DNA of 64,000 nt from Gemmatimonadota bacterium (GTDB taxonomy: Bacteria > 4572-55 > J002): the NCBI GenBank assembly GCA_003697105.1, contig RFFQ01000173.1, forward strand, positions 1,976-65,975. The letters run 5' to 3'. This document shows positions 29,985-40,374 of this stretch, piece by piece; the first letter of the stretch is position 1, and every line of letters starts with the position of its first letter. The notes beneath the pieces were generated by a model. The model worked only from the letters and a program-made list of their open reading frames with translations. It did not search any database and was not told the DNA's origin. The translations under genes and the position numbers were made by a program.

Positions 29985-32174
29985 CTAGTTACTGCGTAAT
30001 TTATCCATCACGCATTGTACAACCGGCCGGGCTTGCTCTTTCGCCCGGTTGTATTCCTCATCTGGGTCATCACCCGGATTTGCTTCCGCCATATTCGAGA
30101 GCGGAAAGTTTGTCAGAATGGTTTGTGGGACATTCAAAACGGGCTTGAAGATCGTTCCCGCCACATTGGGCTGCGCATCGGAATAGGGGCGATATTCAAA
30201 AATCACTTCTGCATTTTCGGCGGGATAAAAATCTTCACGATACGGGTACGGACGATTTTCCGGAGCATCTAGCCATTCGGCATCCACACCGTTACACGAG
30301 TTCATCCCAATAATACTCAAATTGGAGGTTTCGGAAGCTCCTTGAGGGATGGTGGACCGCCGATTCACACCAAACAAGTAAGGAAAATCACCGCGTACAA
30401 ACACTTTATCGTCATAGCCTGATTTTTGAAGCAATTTGTTGCCGGATAACCAGACCTTACCTCCAGATAGAATATAAGCAGAGAGCTCATCTTGAATATT
30501 GATAAAGGGTGTATGATTATTTGGGCGAACGCCTTCAAAATAGGATACTACAACCGCATACTGGCCAATCATTTCGATTAAACCCTCTTGATTATATGGA
30601 ACAATCGTATAATTCTCGGTATCTTCGGCGTTAAAATGCCCGGTTTCCGTAAGCACATCCAGATAAAAATCTTCCATTTCCCACGGAATCAATCCGGCAT
30701 TCGGTTTATTCAATCGATTGGGGTCATCGGTAATCAGCAATACTTCTTTTTCAAATGTGGCATGAATCACGTTGTATTCCCAAGTGGCGGGGATATAAAT
30801 CGGGTTATTCGCATCACCTTCGATCTGGTATTGTCCAATTTGATACGAATCATCCATGACTCGCACGTACAAGGTATGCATTCCCGGGCTAAATGCCTCG
30901 CCTTCTTGCAGTGCATCATACCACGTTAATGGGTTGGCGACTACCGCTCCGGTAAGGTCATAAACATCTTCTGTAACCGGTATGGGGTTGCCTTCGTCAT
31001 CAAAAAAGCGCAAATAGAACTCCGTTTCGGTTTCACTATCGACAGGGATCCACTCACTCCATGTTGTGGTATCATCAATGGACCACGAGTAATGGGTAAT
31101 ATAGCCTTCTTCACCACCGCCGAACGCCTCGGGGATAGGGTCTGTATAGCTGATACGGAAGGGACCGATACCGTTCCAATTTTCCTGTCCAACGGATGGC
31201 TGGTTGGAACTGATATGATTTGCTGGTACTAGCACGTTTTCGGCGGCACCAAATGTAATTTCCACTTGCGGGGTCAAGCTGGTTACCCGGTAATAGTAGC
31301 GGTCATAGTCCGCGGGGTCAATATTGGCAGGATTCGCCGGTCCGGCGGGCCAGGAATAAATCTCGCTCACCGCATTGCTCACATCCCAGGGCGCTAAGAT
31401 CAGATTTTCTTCATTGCCTAAATCAACAAAATCGCCCGTGGTGATAAGGGCTTGGGATAAATTAGCACCTTCCAGCAAGTCGGGGGTCGTGGGGTCATCG
31501 ATATCGGTATCAACACCGGGGGTGACCCCGGCCGTCGCCTCTGGACTGTCCAGATCAATCCGTACCGGGCGGGCGAGATAGGGATCGGTGTGATCCAAAG
31601 TAAATGCGTAGTAAGCCACCGGTTCATCCTGCTCGTCATAAACCCCGTAACCCCGCTGGCTACTATATTCCTGACCACTCAGGAATATTTCTTGATCGAC
31701 CCCGGAATACATCAGGTCCCGGCTGGCTTTGTTGGCACGGCGGACCACTTCTTCGTAGCCGAGCCAGGAGGCGCGATTATCGACCGAAATCACCTGAAAT
31801 TTGTGCATCCGGATGGCGTCTAAGGTAACATCAAATTGGGCGTCCTCTGTCCAAATCCAGCGCCCGACTTCCGTTGGAGGTACTGCCGGGTCCGCCGGGG
31901 GATTATTCAAATCTGGGAAATCGGGATTGACCGAAATCACGCGCACAAAATAACCCACGACATCCCCATCCCCATCGAATCCGGCAAAACGGAAAGTCAA
32001 TTTATAAAAATCCGCCGTACCAAATGGATTATCAATGGGTGTAGGCGGGCTGATTCTTGCCAGTGGTGGGATATTCTCGCTAATATCGCCGCTATAATCT
32101 TTATCACAACTCATTAGGGTTACCGCCAGTATCACACTTAAGAAAAGCCCCCCGAAAGGGTACAATGTTTTCAT
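29985..32174 (-). CDS. large hypothetical lipoprotein of 729 aa
   Basis: Lipobox (LMSCD) and a GAGGAGG RBS. No recognisable domain. Confidence 0.5.
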   Translation of the reverse strand: MKTLYPFGGLFLSVILAVTLMSCDKDYSGDISENIPPLARISPPTPIDNPFGTADFYKLTFRFAGFDGDGDVVGYFVRVISVNPDFPDLNNPPADPAVPPTEVGRWIWTEDAQFDVTLDAIRMHKFQVISVDNRASWLGYEEVVRRANKASRDLMYSGVDQEIFLSGQEYSSQRGYGVYDEQDEPVAYYAFTLDHTDPYLARPVRIDLDSPEATAGVTPGVDTDIDDPTTPDLLEGANLSQALITTGDFVDLGNEENLILAPWDVSNAVSEIYSWPAGPANPANIDPADYDRYYYRVTSLTPQVEITFGAAENVLVPANHISSNQPSVGQENWNGIGPFRISYTDPIPEAFGGGEEGYITHYSWSIDDTTTWSEWIPVDSETETEFYLRFFDDEGNPIPVTEDVYDLTGAVVANPLTWYDALQEGEAFSPGMHTLYVRVMDDSYQIGQYQIEGDANNPIYIPATWEYNVIHATFEKEVLLITDDPNRLNKPNAGLIPWEMEDFYLDVLTETGHFNAEDTENYTIVPYNQEGLIEMIGQYAVVVSYFEGVRPNNHTPFINIQDELSAYILSGGKVWLSGNKLLQKSGYDDKVFVRGDFPYLFGVNRRSTIPQGASETSNLSIIGMNSCNGVDAEWLDAPENRPYPYREDFYPAENAEVIFEYRPYSDAQPNVAGTIFKPVLNVPQTILTNFPLSNMAEANPGDDPDEEYNRAKEQARPVVQCVMDKLRSN

Positions 32175-32340
32175 TACACAACCTCCTCGTGTAAGTGACG
32201 TGAAGTAAAATAGTTAAGATGGCTCAATTCCTTGGGTAGGAAACTCATAATGGTTTCAATGAGATAAAAGAGGTTATCAAATTCTATAGGGATTGTCAAC
32301 ACCTTTTTTCGTTGTCACTTTCTCTTTGGGATGCTCGATT

Positions 32341-32943
32341 TCAGTTGGTTTGAGCGGCATAAAACAGGTAGATCAAGCTAGCAGTGATGCCGGTTACCAT
32401 CACCGGTTCCCAGATGGATGAGGCGGGTGGCAGTGCCGGATTTTGTTCGGTTTCCGTCGTGAGTTGTAGGAACGCTTGGGGCACCTGATCCGTAGTTTGT
32501 GCCCGGACACGACCGGAGGCAACCAATTGCTGCTGGTGGTGAAGTTGGTAGGTCAATTGGGTGATACATTCGCGTTCTACCTGAACTTTCCGCCAGATTC
32601 CGCGCCGGTACGTGCGGGGGTATCGCACCCCTAATGCATCAATTTGCAAATATAACCGGTATATCTCCGGCTGGGTCGAGTCTGGGCGAACGGTTACTAA
32701 CGAAATGGGCTTGGACTGCAACTCTTGACCCCATAGAGCGAGTAGAAAGAAGGCTTGATTTTTGTCATTTATCACTTCGGTATAAAGTTGGGATATGGGT
32801 ACACCGGCAATTTCCGCCCAGAGGTTCCGGAGAGCTTGGCGTGTGGTCTGTTCCAACTGATCCGTGTTGGAGGGATAATCCAAACCGTGGAGGGCAGAGG
32901 CTGGGATGAGCATGGCAAACAAGACTGCTATCAATCTGTGCAT
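32341..32943 (-). CDS. hypothetical secreted protein with a C-terminal transmembrane anchor
   Basis: Signal peptide from the internal Met (MHRLIAVLFAMLIPASA), placed 4 nt after the stop of the double-DnaA gene. C-terminal hydrophobic helix. Confidence 0.4.
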   Translation of the reverse strand: MHRLIAVLFAMLIPASALHGLDYPSNTDQLEQTTRQALRNLWAEIAGVPISQLYTEVINDKNQAFFLLALWGQELQSKPISLVTVRPDSTQPEIYRLYLQIDALGVRYPRTYRRGIWRKVQVERECITQLTYQLHHQQQLVASGRVRAQTTDQVPQAFLQLTTETEQNPALPPASSIWEPVMVTGITASLIYLFYAAQTN

Positions 32944-32947
32944 GGGG

Positions 32948-35041
32948 TTACAATTCCATATCCAGACGGGTGGGGGGTTTATTCCAATCGACAATCATGC
33001 GGGAGAGAAGGTCTCGGACTAACTCATTTGAGGGTTGTGGTGTCGTTGTACTGGCGGGTCGTTTTGCCGTTGAAGGTGCGGAAACGCTTGGCGTGGAATT
33101 TTCTCCTAATACGGAACGAAGTGTATCCAGCGTAATTGTGGTTTCTCCGTTGACAGAACACTGTGCTGTCAGGCGGTTTAAAATTCCTCGTAATTCCCGG
33201 ATACTATGTTGGTATTGGTGGGTAATATAGTCGAGAGCGCGGGGGTCTATTGTTAAGTTTAAGGCTTCAATATAATTTTTGACAATAGTTCGCCGTACTT
33301 CTGCTTTTGGCGATTTGAGTTCGATCACCAACCCCCCTTCAAAGCGGGAGCGAATCCGGTGCTCTACTTCTGTCAATAGATTCGGGGGACGATCACCACT
33401 AATGACGATCTGTTTGTTCACGGAATATAAGGTATTAAAGCAGTGAAAAAACTCTTCTTGGGTGCGCTCTTTGCCGCTCAAACGCTGAATATCGTCCATC
33501 AACAGCACATCAATTTCATTGTAATTCATCCGAAAGTCATCGGTGCGGCGCTCTTCAATTGCTTTGATTAAATGGCGGGCAAATTCATCCACGGTGATGT
33601 AGAGCACATTCAGATGCGCGTGATGATCGACAATGTAATTCCCGATAGCGTGGAGCAGGTGGGTTTTTCCCAAGCCGACGCCGCCATGAATATAAAGCGG
33701 GTTGTATTGCTTTGCTGGCGCCTGACTGACCGCTTTGGCAATGCTCATCAGCATTTTATTTTCATCCCCGGCGATGTAATTTTCAAACCGGAAATCCAAG
33801 ATCAAGGTTTGGCGATAGGTTTGGCGGCGTTCAATGCGGGTTTCGAGCCGTTTCAGGTCGGCGGCAATCTGGTCGATGGCTTCCGGGTTGAACAGATTTT
33901 GTTCGATTTTGCGGGCGTCTGCTTCCAGCCCTCGCACATCCAAACATGCCAATTGCTTTTGGAATTCCGCTAATCGTTTGGCATCGCGGGTGTATTCCCG
34001 AAAAACTCGTTCGATCTCTTCCACATTACCATCAATCACTTGCTGCAACCGGACGACATTAAAGCCTTTCATCTCCCACACATAGAGTTTTTGCCGGTAA
34101 AATTCGCGGAGTTCCTCTTCTTCTTGCCGTTTTGAGATGGTCTGGCTGACATCATGTTCGACTTCTTCGATAAATTGCCCGAATTCTTCCGGTAAACTAG
34201 ATTTGGCGGGGGATTTGGCGAGGGATTGAGGCTCGGGTTGGGCTACTGGTGGGGGAGTGACCTCCACCGCTGGGGAGGGTGGGGGGGTTGTGTCATAGCG
34301 TTTCTGGCGTTCGGCTAGGAGTCGTTGAACCCATTCCACGGTTACCTGCGCATCATTCAGGCTGGAAATCGCTAGGACTTGATTCAAGAAGCCCTCTAAT
34401 TCCCGGATGTTGGAGGTAATTCCCTGTGCGATCTCGTAGATCAACTCCTCCGGCAGGGTGATGTTACGCAGGGCGGCTTTATTGTTAAGGATGGCGACTC
34501 GTGTTTCAAAATCGGGTAGTTGGATATCGGCTACCAGCCCTCCTTCAAAACGGGAGCGTAACCGTTCATCCAAATCCATACTTTTCGGCGGACGATCACT
34601 GGTGAAGACGATCTGTTTTTGCAAGGTATAAAGTGTATCGAATGTATGCAGTAACTCCGTTTGGGAGCGGTCTTTATCGGCGAGGAATTGAATATCGTCG
34701 ATGAGCAGGCAATCCACATTGCGGTATTTGTTGTGGAAATCGTCAATGCTTTTGCGCCGTTCAAGGGCATCTAGCAGTTCATTCGCGAACTGTTCCGCGG
34801 TGGTATAGATGATTTGAATCTCAGGATTCGTTTGAAGGAGTTCATTACCGATGGCGCTGATGAGGTGGGTTTTGCCCAAGCCCACACCACTATAGATAAA
34901 AAGCGGATTATGCATAAAACCGGGCATATCCGCGACCCCTTTAGCGGCGGCATAAGCAAAGCGATTACTATTCCCAACAATAAAGTGATCAAAGGTAAAG
35001 TTGGGATTGAGGAAGAGTTGAAGTTGGTTACCTGCGCTCAT
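32948..35041 (-). CDS. tandem double DnaA-like AAA+ ATPase: two complete DnaA domain-III modules, with no domain I and no domain-IV DNA-binding domain
   Basis: Both halves carry Walker A (GVGLGKTHL), Walker B (LLIDDIQF / LLMDDIQR), sensor I (SDRPP / GDRPP), the box-VII arginine finger (RLRSRFEGGLV / RIRSRFEGGLV), a sensor-II-like segment, and the SNIRELEG / HSIRELRG lid. The halves are joined by a Pro-rich, coiled-coil linker of about 180 aa. A Ser/Thr-rich tail replaces the helix-turn-helix. Confidence 0.8.
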   Translation of the reverse strand: MSAGNQLQLFLNPNFTFDHFIVGNSNRFAYAAAKGVADMPGFMHNPLFIYSGVGLGKTHLISAIGNELLQTNPEIQIIYTTAEQFANELLDALERRKSIDDFHNKYRNVDCLLIDDIQFLADKDRSQTELLHTFDTLYTLQKQIVFTSDRPPKSMDLDERLRSRFEGGLVADIQLPDFETRVAILNNKAALRNITLPEELIYEIAQGITSNIRELEGFLNQVLAISSLNDAQVTVEWVQRLLAERQKRYDTTPPPSPAVEVTPPPVAQPEPQSLAKSPAKSSLPEEFGQFIEEVEHDVSQTISKRQEEEELREFYRQKLYVWEMKGFNVVRLQQVIDGNVEEIERVFREYTRDAKRLAEFQKQLACLDVRGLEADARKIEQNLFNPEAIDQIAADLKRLETRIERRQTYRQTLILDFRFENYIAGDENKMLMSIAKAVSQAPAKQYNPLYIHGGVGLGKTHLLHAIGNYIVDHHAHLNVLYITVDEFARHLIKAIEERRTDDFRMNYNEIDVLLMDDIQRLSGKERTQEEFFHCFNTLYSVNKQIVISGDRPPNLLTEVEHRIRSRFEGGLVIELKSPKAEVRRTIVKNYIEALNLTIDPRALDYITHQYQHSIRELRGILNRLTAQCSVNGETTITLDTLRSVLGENSTPSVSAPSTAKRPASTTTPQPSNELVRDLLSRMIVDWNKPPTRLDMEL

Positions 35042-35065
35042 AGATTTGGTGCTGTCAAGATAAGG

Positions 35066-37582
35066 TTAGGACACATCAGAAATTTCATCGGGTTGATGCG
35101 GTAGGGAAACATGCCCACCTCTGGAAAAGATACGCTCCCATTCCAACGCCACCTCCAGACTTTGCCGGGCACTTTCGCGTAGATTTTCATCTTCCGTGGA
35201 GGAGATAATCTGCTCCCACTGTTTGATGGCGCCTTTGTAAATCCGGCGGTAATTACACAGACCTAACTGATAATGGGCGTAGTGATAGGTTGGTTTGATG
35301 CGGATGACCGTCCGGTAGGTGTGTGCGGCTTCGTTATACTTTTGCTGTTGAAAATAGATGTCCCCTAGGGTTGTATAGACATAGGCATCATTTGCGTTGG
35401 TTTTGAGGGCTTCCTGACAGATATTTTCCGCGGTTTGCAGATCATCTTTACGAACATAAATTTTAGCTAAGCGGCGGAACGCCAATGAATTTTCCGGGTT
35501 GAGTTCGATAGCTTGCCGGTAGTAGTGGATTGCGTCATCGGGGCGTTCGGCATATTCAGAAAGAATGCCACAAATCAGTTGGGCTTCAAAATTCGTAGGT
35601 TCTAGTTCGATCACCCGTTTGTACGCCTCCAGTGCTTTATCGTACAGCCCTTTTTTCTTATACACATTCCCTTTGGAGCGGTATATTTCGCTGCGGTCGG
35701 GTGCTAACTGGTTTGCTTTGCCCAAGTACAACAAAGCTTCGTCATACATGCCTTTGCGGGAGTATGCCCGGCCAAGCAGATATTGCGCCTCCGTATGTTG
35801 GGGGTCGAGTTCCACGGCAACCCGGAGTTTGATCAGGGCTTCGTCCAGAGCACCAGCGTCGAAGTGCTCTTTTGCTTCTTGATAATACCGGTGAACTTCG
35901 GTGCGTTTAATGCGTTCGGCGCGATCAATACCTTGTTCGTGTTCTCCGGCTAAACGTTCTTGCAGCCGTTTGGCGGCGTCTTCGGGGCGGGCAACCGGAA
36001 CGGTCAGGACTTCAAATTTGGGAGTGGGGAAGTCGATCATCAATTTGAAAAAGTACCCCGCATATTCGCTGCGTAAACTCCGTGCATCCTCAAATTGAAC
36101 AATAGCTTCTTCGTACCGTCCCTGATGGACAAGTGCAAAGCCATAATTAAATTTTGCTTCGGCACTTTGCGCATTTACATGAACGGCATCACTCAAAAAC
36201 GGGATTGCCTGATCGTAATTGCCCAATTCCAAATGCACAATTCCCAAATTTGCCAACACCCGATAATTACTGGGTTCCCGCTGGCGGCACTCCTCCAAAA
36301 TTTTCAGTGCTTCTTGATATTCATTTTGCCAACGATACACTAAAGCAAGATTGATTTGAGGCTCGATGTCTTTCGCGTCAAGCTGAATCGCTTGGCGAAA
36401 TGCCTCGATTGCTTGGTCGTACTGACCTTGATTGACCAGTGCGACGCCCCGATTATTGTAACTGGGGGCATACTGTGGATTGACCTTCAATGATTTATCG
36501 TACCATACCAGTGCTTTTTGATATTCACCGGAGAGGTGATGCCCGACGCCGATATCGTTAAACATTCGGGCTGAATAAGGCTCTACCACTAGTGCTTTTT
36601 GGTATTCACGCACCGCATCGTTGGCGTTACCTTTCAGCAACAGAATTTCTGCCACATTGCGGTATATCAATGCCGCATCCGGATCGATACCCAACGCCCG
36701 TTGAAATTCACCCAGCGCTTCATCAAAAAAGCCTTTATTGCGATAGGCGATCCCCATGTGATAATGATTCATAAAATTCTGGGCGGGGGATTGAGTGTGT
36801 GTTGTCCGCACGGAATCGGTATCGCTCAACTCGACATCACTATCGTCGATTTCAAGGTTTGTTTCCGCTTTGGCGTAATTGGGGTCTAGTTTGATTGCCG
36901 TGTTGTACGCTTCCTGTGCTTCGGTGAACATGCCTTTATCGCCGTAAACAAAACTCAGGTGGAAGTAGGCATCGGCAAGTTCGGGATCGATTTCGATCAC
37001 CTTTTGGAATTGAGCGATGGCTTCTTCATCCATGCCCATGTTGTAATAGGCTTGTCCCAGTTTATCATGGATGATGGCGATACCGGGTTTAAGTTCCGCC
37101 GCAAATAGATATTCTTGAATTGCACGTTCACAATCTCCAATGCCCATCAAGCCGTTACCGAGGTGATAATGGGCAAGGTAATTCATCCGGTCCATCTCAA
37201 CCACGGTGGTATATTGTTCGATGGCATCTTGAAAATTACCGGCGGTTTCATAAACGTTGCCCAACTTGTAGTATGCCTGCACATCTTTCGGGTTCATCTG
37301 AATCCGCTGTTTGTATTTATTGATGAGTTCATCGTATTTGCCGGTTTTCCGGTACACGGCTTGTAAATTGCGGCGGGCAAGTGAAAAACGGGGGTCTAGG
37401 GAGAGGGCTTTGCGAAATTGTTGAATCGCCTCTTCATAAAAGCCTTTTTGGTAAAAGACGACTCCCAAATTGTTATGGGCGCCTGCATCTTTCGGATCCA
37501 GGCGATCCGAATAGCTTTGCAGGACTTTTATATCTCCATTCCGTGTCGTCTGGTGTTGGGTATCGGAAGCCATAGTTTCCAT
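35066..37582 (-). CDS. large TPR-repeat protein
   Basis: More than 20 TPR units (recurring YY.LG ... A...Y..A pattern). Start placed at METMASD, just after the gatA stop. The ORF-track start at 37762 overlaps gatA. Confidence 0.75.
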   Translation of the reverse strand: METMASDTQHQTTRNGDIKVLQSYSDRLDPKDAGAHNNLGVVFYQKGFYEEAIQQFRKALSLDPRFSLARRNLQAVYRKTGKYDELINKYKQRIQMNPKDVQAYYKLGNVYETAGNFQDAIEQYTTVVEMDRMNYLAHYHLGNGLMGIGDCERAIQEYLFAAELKPGIAIIHDKLGQAYYNMGMDEEAIAQFQKVIEIDPELADAYFHLSFVYGDKGMFTEAQEAYNTAIKLDPNYAKAETNLEIDDSDVELSDTDSVRTTHTQSPAQNFMNHYHMGIAYRNKGFFDEALGEFQRALGIDPDAALIYRNVAEILLLKGNANDAVREYQKALVVEPYSARMFNDIGVGHHLSGEYQKALVWYDKSLKVNPQYAPSYNNRGVALVNQGQYDQAIEAFRQAIQLDAKDIEPQINLALVYRWQNEYQEALKILEECRQREPSNYRVLANLGIVHLELGNYDQAIPFLSDAVHVNAQSAEAKFNYGFALVHQGRYEEAIVQFEDARSLRSEYAGYFFKLMIDFPTPKFEVLTVPVARPEDAAKRLQERLAGEHEQGIDRAERIKRTEVHRYYQEAKEHFDAGALDEALIKLRVAVELDPQHTEAQYLLGRAYSRKGMYDEALLYLGKANQLAPDRSEIYRSKGNVYKKKGLYDKALEAYKRVIELEPTNFEAQLICGILSEYAERPDDAIHYYRQAIELNPENSLAFRRLAKIYVRKDDLQTAENICQEALKTNANDAYVYTTLGDIYFQQQKYNEAAHTYRTVIRIKPTYHYAHYQLGLCNYRRIYKGAIKQWEQIISSTEDENLRESARQSLEVALEWERIFSRGGHVSLPHQPDEISDVS

Positions 37583-37601
37583 CTCAAATGCCTTTTCCCG
37601 G

Positions 37602-39074
37602 TTAGGAGGCTGAATCAAGTCGCGCCTGCTCAAAGGCGTATGCGGTTTGTAGAAGTTGCTCTTCCGCATCGGGTTTCGCGATGAATTGTATGCCGGCAGG
37701 CAACTGCCCGGCAGGAATATCGCCCGGCACGGATATCGCCGGTAAGCCCGCCAGACTCGCAAGTACCGTGAATTGATCGGATTGGTACATCCGAAGCGGG
37801 TCTGTTAAGTGTTCGCCCCTACGAAATGCCGGTGTGGGTGTGACCGGTGATACGACCAATTCCACTTGTTGAAACGCTTGCTCAAAATCGCGGGCAATTT
37901 GGGTTCGGATTTGCTGTGCTCTTTGGTAGTACGCGGCGTAATGCTCCTGTTGCAAGACGTATGTGCCCAGCAAAATGCGCCGCTTGACTTCTGGACCAAA
38001 CCCTTCTGTCCGGCTGTGACGGTATAGGCTATGCAAATCATTTGCCCGTTTTGAACGATGCCCGTACCGGACGCCATCATAACGCGCTAAATTTGCCGAA
38101 GCCTCCGCATTGGCAATGATATAGTACGTCGCTAGGGCGTAGGGTACATGGGGTAAGGAAATCTCCCGAAGCTCTACGCCACAGGCTTCTAATCGACGTA
38201 AACCGGCATCAAACGCATACTGTACCACCGGCTCCAGAGTTACGTCCTGAAATTCTTTCACGATGCCAATCGGGAGACCGTTCAAGGTCTTATGGTTTTT
38301 CAGGGTTGAGGCATCATAAGGGGGTGCCTTCCGGCTTGTAGAATCCTTCGGGTCTGCGCCAGCAAGTACCTGAAATAGAAGCGCGCTATCTTCCACCGTA
38401 CGGGTCAGACATCCGATCTGATCAAATGAGGAAGCAAAGGCGACCAATCCAAAGCGGGAGATTCGCCCGTAGGTGGGTTTGAGTCCCACAACGCCGCAAA
38501 ATGCGGCCGGTTGCCGCACAGAACCGCCGGTATCCGACCCTAACGCAACGGTTGCCGTATGGACTGCCACTGCCGCGGCAGACCCACCACTGGAGCCGCC
38601 GGCTACCCGCGCGGGATCGTGGGGGTGGCGGGTGGCTCCAAACACGGAAGTTTCGGTTGAAGACCCCATCGCAAATTCATCCAGATTGGTCTTCCCGATA
38701 ATGATCGCGCCGTGTTCCCGTAAGCACTGGACAACGGTCGCATCATAGGGGGCAATGAACTCCTGCAACATTTTGGAACCACACGTGACCGGCACGCCTT
38801 TCACACAAATGTTGTCCTTAATGGCGACCGGAATGCCTAATAATGGTGAGGTGTCATCACCTTGATGTAAACGCCGGTCTGCTTGGCGGGCTTGTGCTAA
38901 TGCCCTCTCCGCCAGCACGGTGATATAGGCATGGATTGCCGGTTCCGTACGTTCAATGCGGGTCAGGACTTCTCGTGTTATTTCTTCCGAAGTGATACAT
39001 TTTTTTCGCAATAAGCCATACAATTCTGCGGCAGATTTATCGCTACATTCCAGAGCCATACCAACACCGGTCAA
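37602..39074 (-). CDS. gatA: aspartyl/glutamyl-tRNA amidotransferase subunit A
   Basis: Amidase signature GGSSGGSAAAVA and the Ser-cisSer-Lys triad context. Start is TTG at 39074 or ATG at 39059. Confidence 0.9.
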   Translation of the reverse strand: MTGVGMALECSDKSAAELYGLLRKKCITSEEITREVLTRIERTEPAIHAYITVLAERALAQARQADRRLHQGDDTSPLLGIPVAIKDNICVKGVPVTCGSKMLQEFIAPYDATVVQCLREHGAIIIGKTNLDEFAMGSSTETSVFGATRHPHDPARVAGGSSGGSAAAVAVHTATVALGSDTGGSVRQPAAFCGVVGLKPTYGRISRFGLVAFASSFDQIGCLTRTVEDSALLFQVLAGADPKDSTSRKAPPYDASTLKNHKTLNGLPIGIVKEFQDVTLEPVVQYAFDAGLRRLEACGVELREISLPHVPYALATYYIIANAEASANLARYDGVRYGHRSKRANDLHSLYRHSRTEGFGPEVKRRILLGTYVLQQEHYAAYYQRAQQIRTQIARDFEQAFQQVELVVSPVTPTPAFRRGEHLTDPLRMYQSDQFTVLASLAGLPAISVPGDIPAGQLPAGIQFIAKPDAEEQLLQTAYAFEQARLDSAS

Positions 39075-39355
39075 CGGAAAAGAGAGGGTACCCGAAAATG
39101 TTCCTGTGCCAGGTCTGGCGCCAGTTCTTCCAGAACAGTGAATGGCAATCCGATCTGGACTTGATCCGTGCGCAAAACATTTGTTGTCACTCCGGGTTGA
39201 ACCATCGGTGATATACCGGTGGTGTCCACTTCCGTGACCCGGGCGAATGCGGTGAGGATACGTTCCAGGTCGGTGTGGAATTGTGCCATTTCTGAGGGTG
39301 TAAGCTCCAGTTGGGCACGTTTTGTCAGATGGGTAAATTCGGCGTGTGAGATCAT
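39071..39355 (-). CDS. gatC: aspartyl/glutamyl-tRNA amidotransferase subunit C
   Basis: About 95 aa (MISHAEFTHLTKRAQLELTPSEM ...). ATGA overlap with the tsaD stop. Confidence 0.8.
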   Translation of the reverse strand: MISHAEFTHLTKRAQLELTPSEMAQFHTDLERILTAFARVTEVDTTGISPMVQPGVTTNVLRTDQVQIGLPFTVLEELAPDLAQEHFRVPSLFR

Positions 39356-40371
39356 TTGTTTATCGCGGTTAGTGGCTGTCGTGCAAAGACGCCTAGTTGC
39401 CAAGAATCCGATTTTCCGGTACGCAGGTAAAAGTCGCCTACGGCGGCAATCATTGCCCCATTATCGGTGCACAAAATCGGTGAGGGATACAGACAGCGCA
39501 AGCCATGTTCGGCGGCGGCGCTTTCGAGTGCGGCGCGTAACCGGCGGTTACAGGCGACTCCCCCCGCCATGGTGACGGTGGGATAGCCCGCATCTAAGCA
39601 GGCGGCTATTGTCCGCTCCACAAGGCTTTTTACCACCGCTTCTTGAAAGCTGGCAAGAATGTCGTTCCGGTGCGCCTGAATAAATTCGACGGTTTGTTTT
39701 TGCAGGTAATAGAGTACGGCCGTTTTTAACCCGCTGAAACTAAAATCATACGGATGGTTACGGATGATGGGGGGCGGAAATTCCACAAAATTCGGATCTC
39801 CTTCTGCCGCTAATTTATCGATAATGGGACCACCCGGATAGCCTAATTCCAGCCATTTCGCAATTTTGTCAAATGCCTCACCGGCGGCATCATCACGTGT
39901 TTGGCCCCGCAATTGATATTTGCCGCGTTCGGGCATGTCCACGAGCAAGGTATGCCCGCCAGACACGACCAAGCTGACCAATGGGGGTTCTAATTCCGCG
40001 CTGCCAAGGAAATTAGAGAATAAATGCCCTTCTAAATGATTTACGCCTACCAACGGTTTTTGTGTTGTGTAGGCGAGTCCTTTAGCGACCGATACGCCCA
40101 CCAGTAACGATCCAACTAAACCGGGCGCATTGGTGACCGCGATACCATCAATGTCGGTCAATGCGATATTTGCTTGGGCGAGTGCCGTTTCAATAATGGG
40201 GATAATCTTCTGGACGTGGGCACGAGAGGCGAGTTCCGGTACAACACCACCGTAGGGGATATGGACGGCTTGTGAGGCAATGATATTGGAGAGAATGTGT
40301 GTGCCGTCCCGTACAACCGCCGCCGATGTTTCGTCGCAGGAGGATTCAATCCCCAGTACCAGCATTCCCAA
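39352..40371 (-). CDS. tsaD: tRNA N6-adenosine threonylcarbamoyltransferase
   Basis: LVLGIESSCDETSAAVV, HLEGH, and the Kae1/TsaD fold. Confidence 0.9.
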   Translation of the reverse strand: MGMLVLGIESSCDETSAAVVRDGTHILSNIIASQAVHIPYGGVVPELASRAHVQKIIPIIETALAQANIALTDIDGIAVTNAPGLVGSLLVGVSVAKGLAYTTQKPLVGVNHLEGHLFSNFLGSAELEPPLVSLVVSGGHTLLVDMPERGKYQLRGQTRDDAAGEAFDKIAKWLELGYPGGPIIDKLAAEGDPNFVEFPPPIIRNHPYDFSFSGLKTAVLYYLQKQTVEFIQAHRNDILASFQEAVVKSLVERTIAACLDAGYPTVTMAGGVACNRRLRAALESAAAEHGLRCLYPSPILCTDNGAMIAAVGDFYLRTGKSDSWQLGVFARQPLTAINK

Positions 40372-40374
40372 CCT

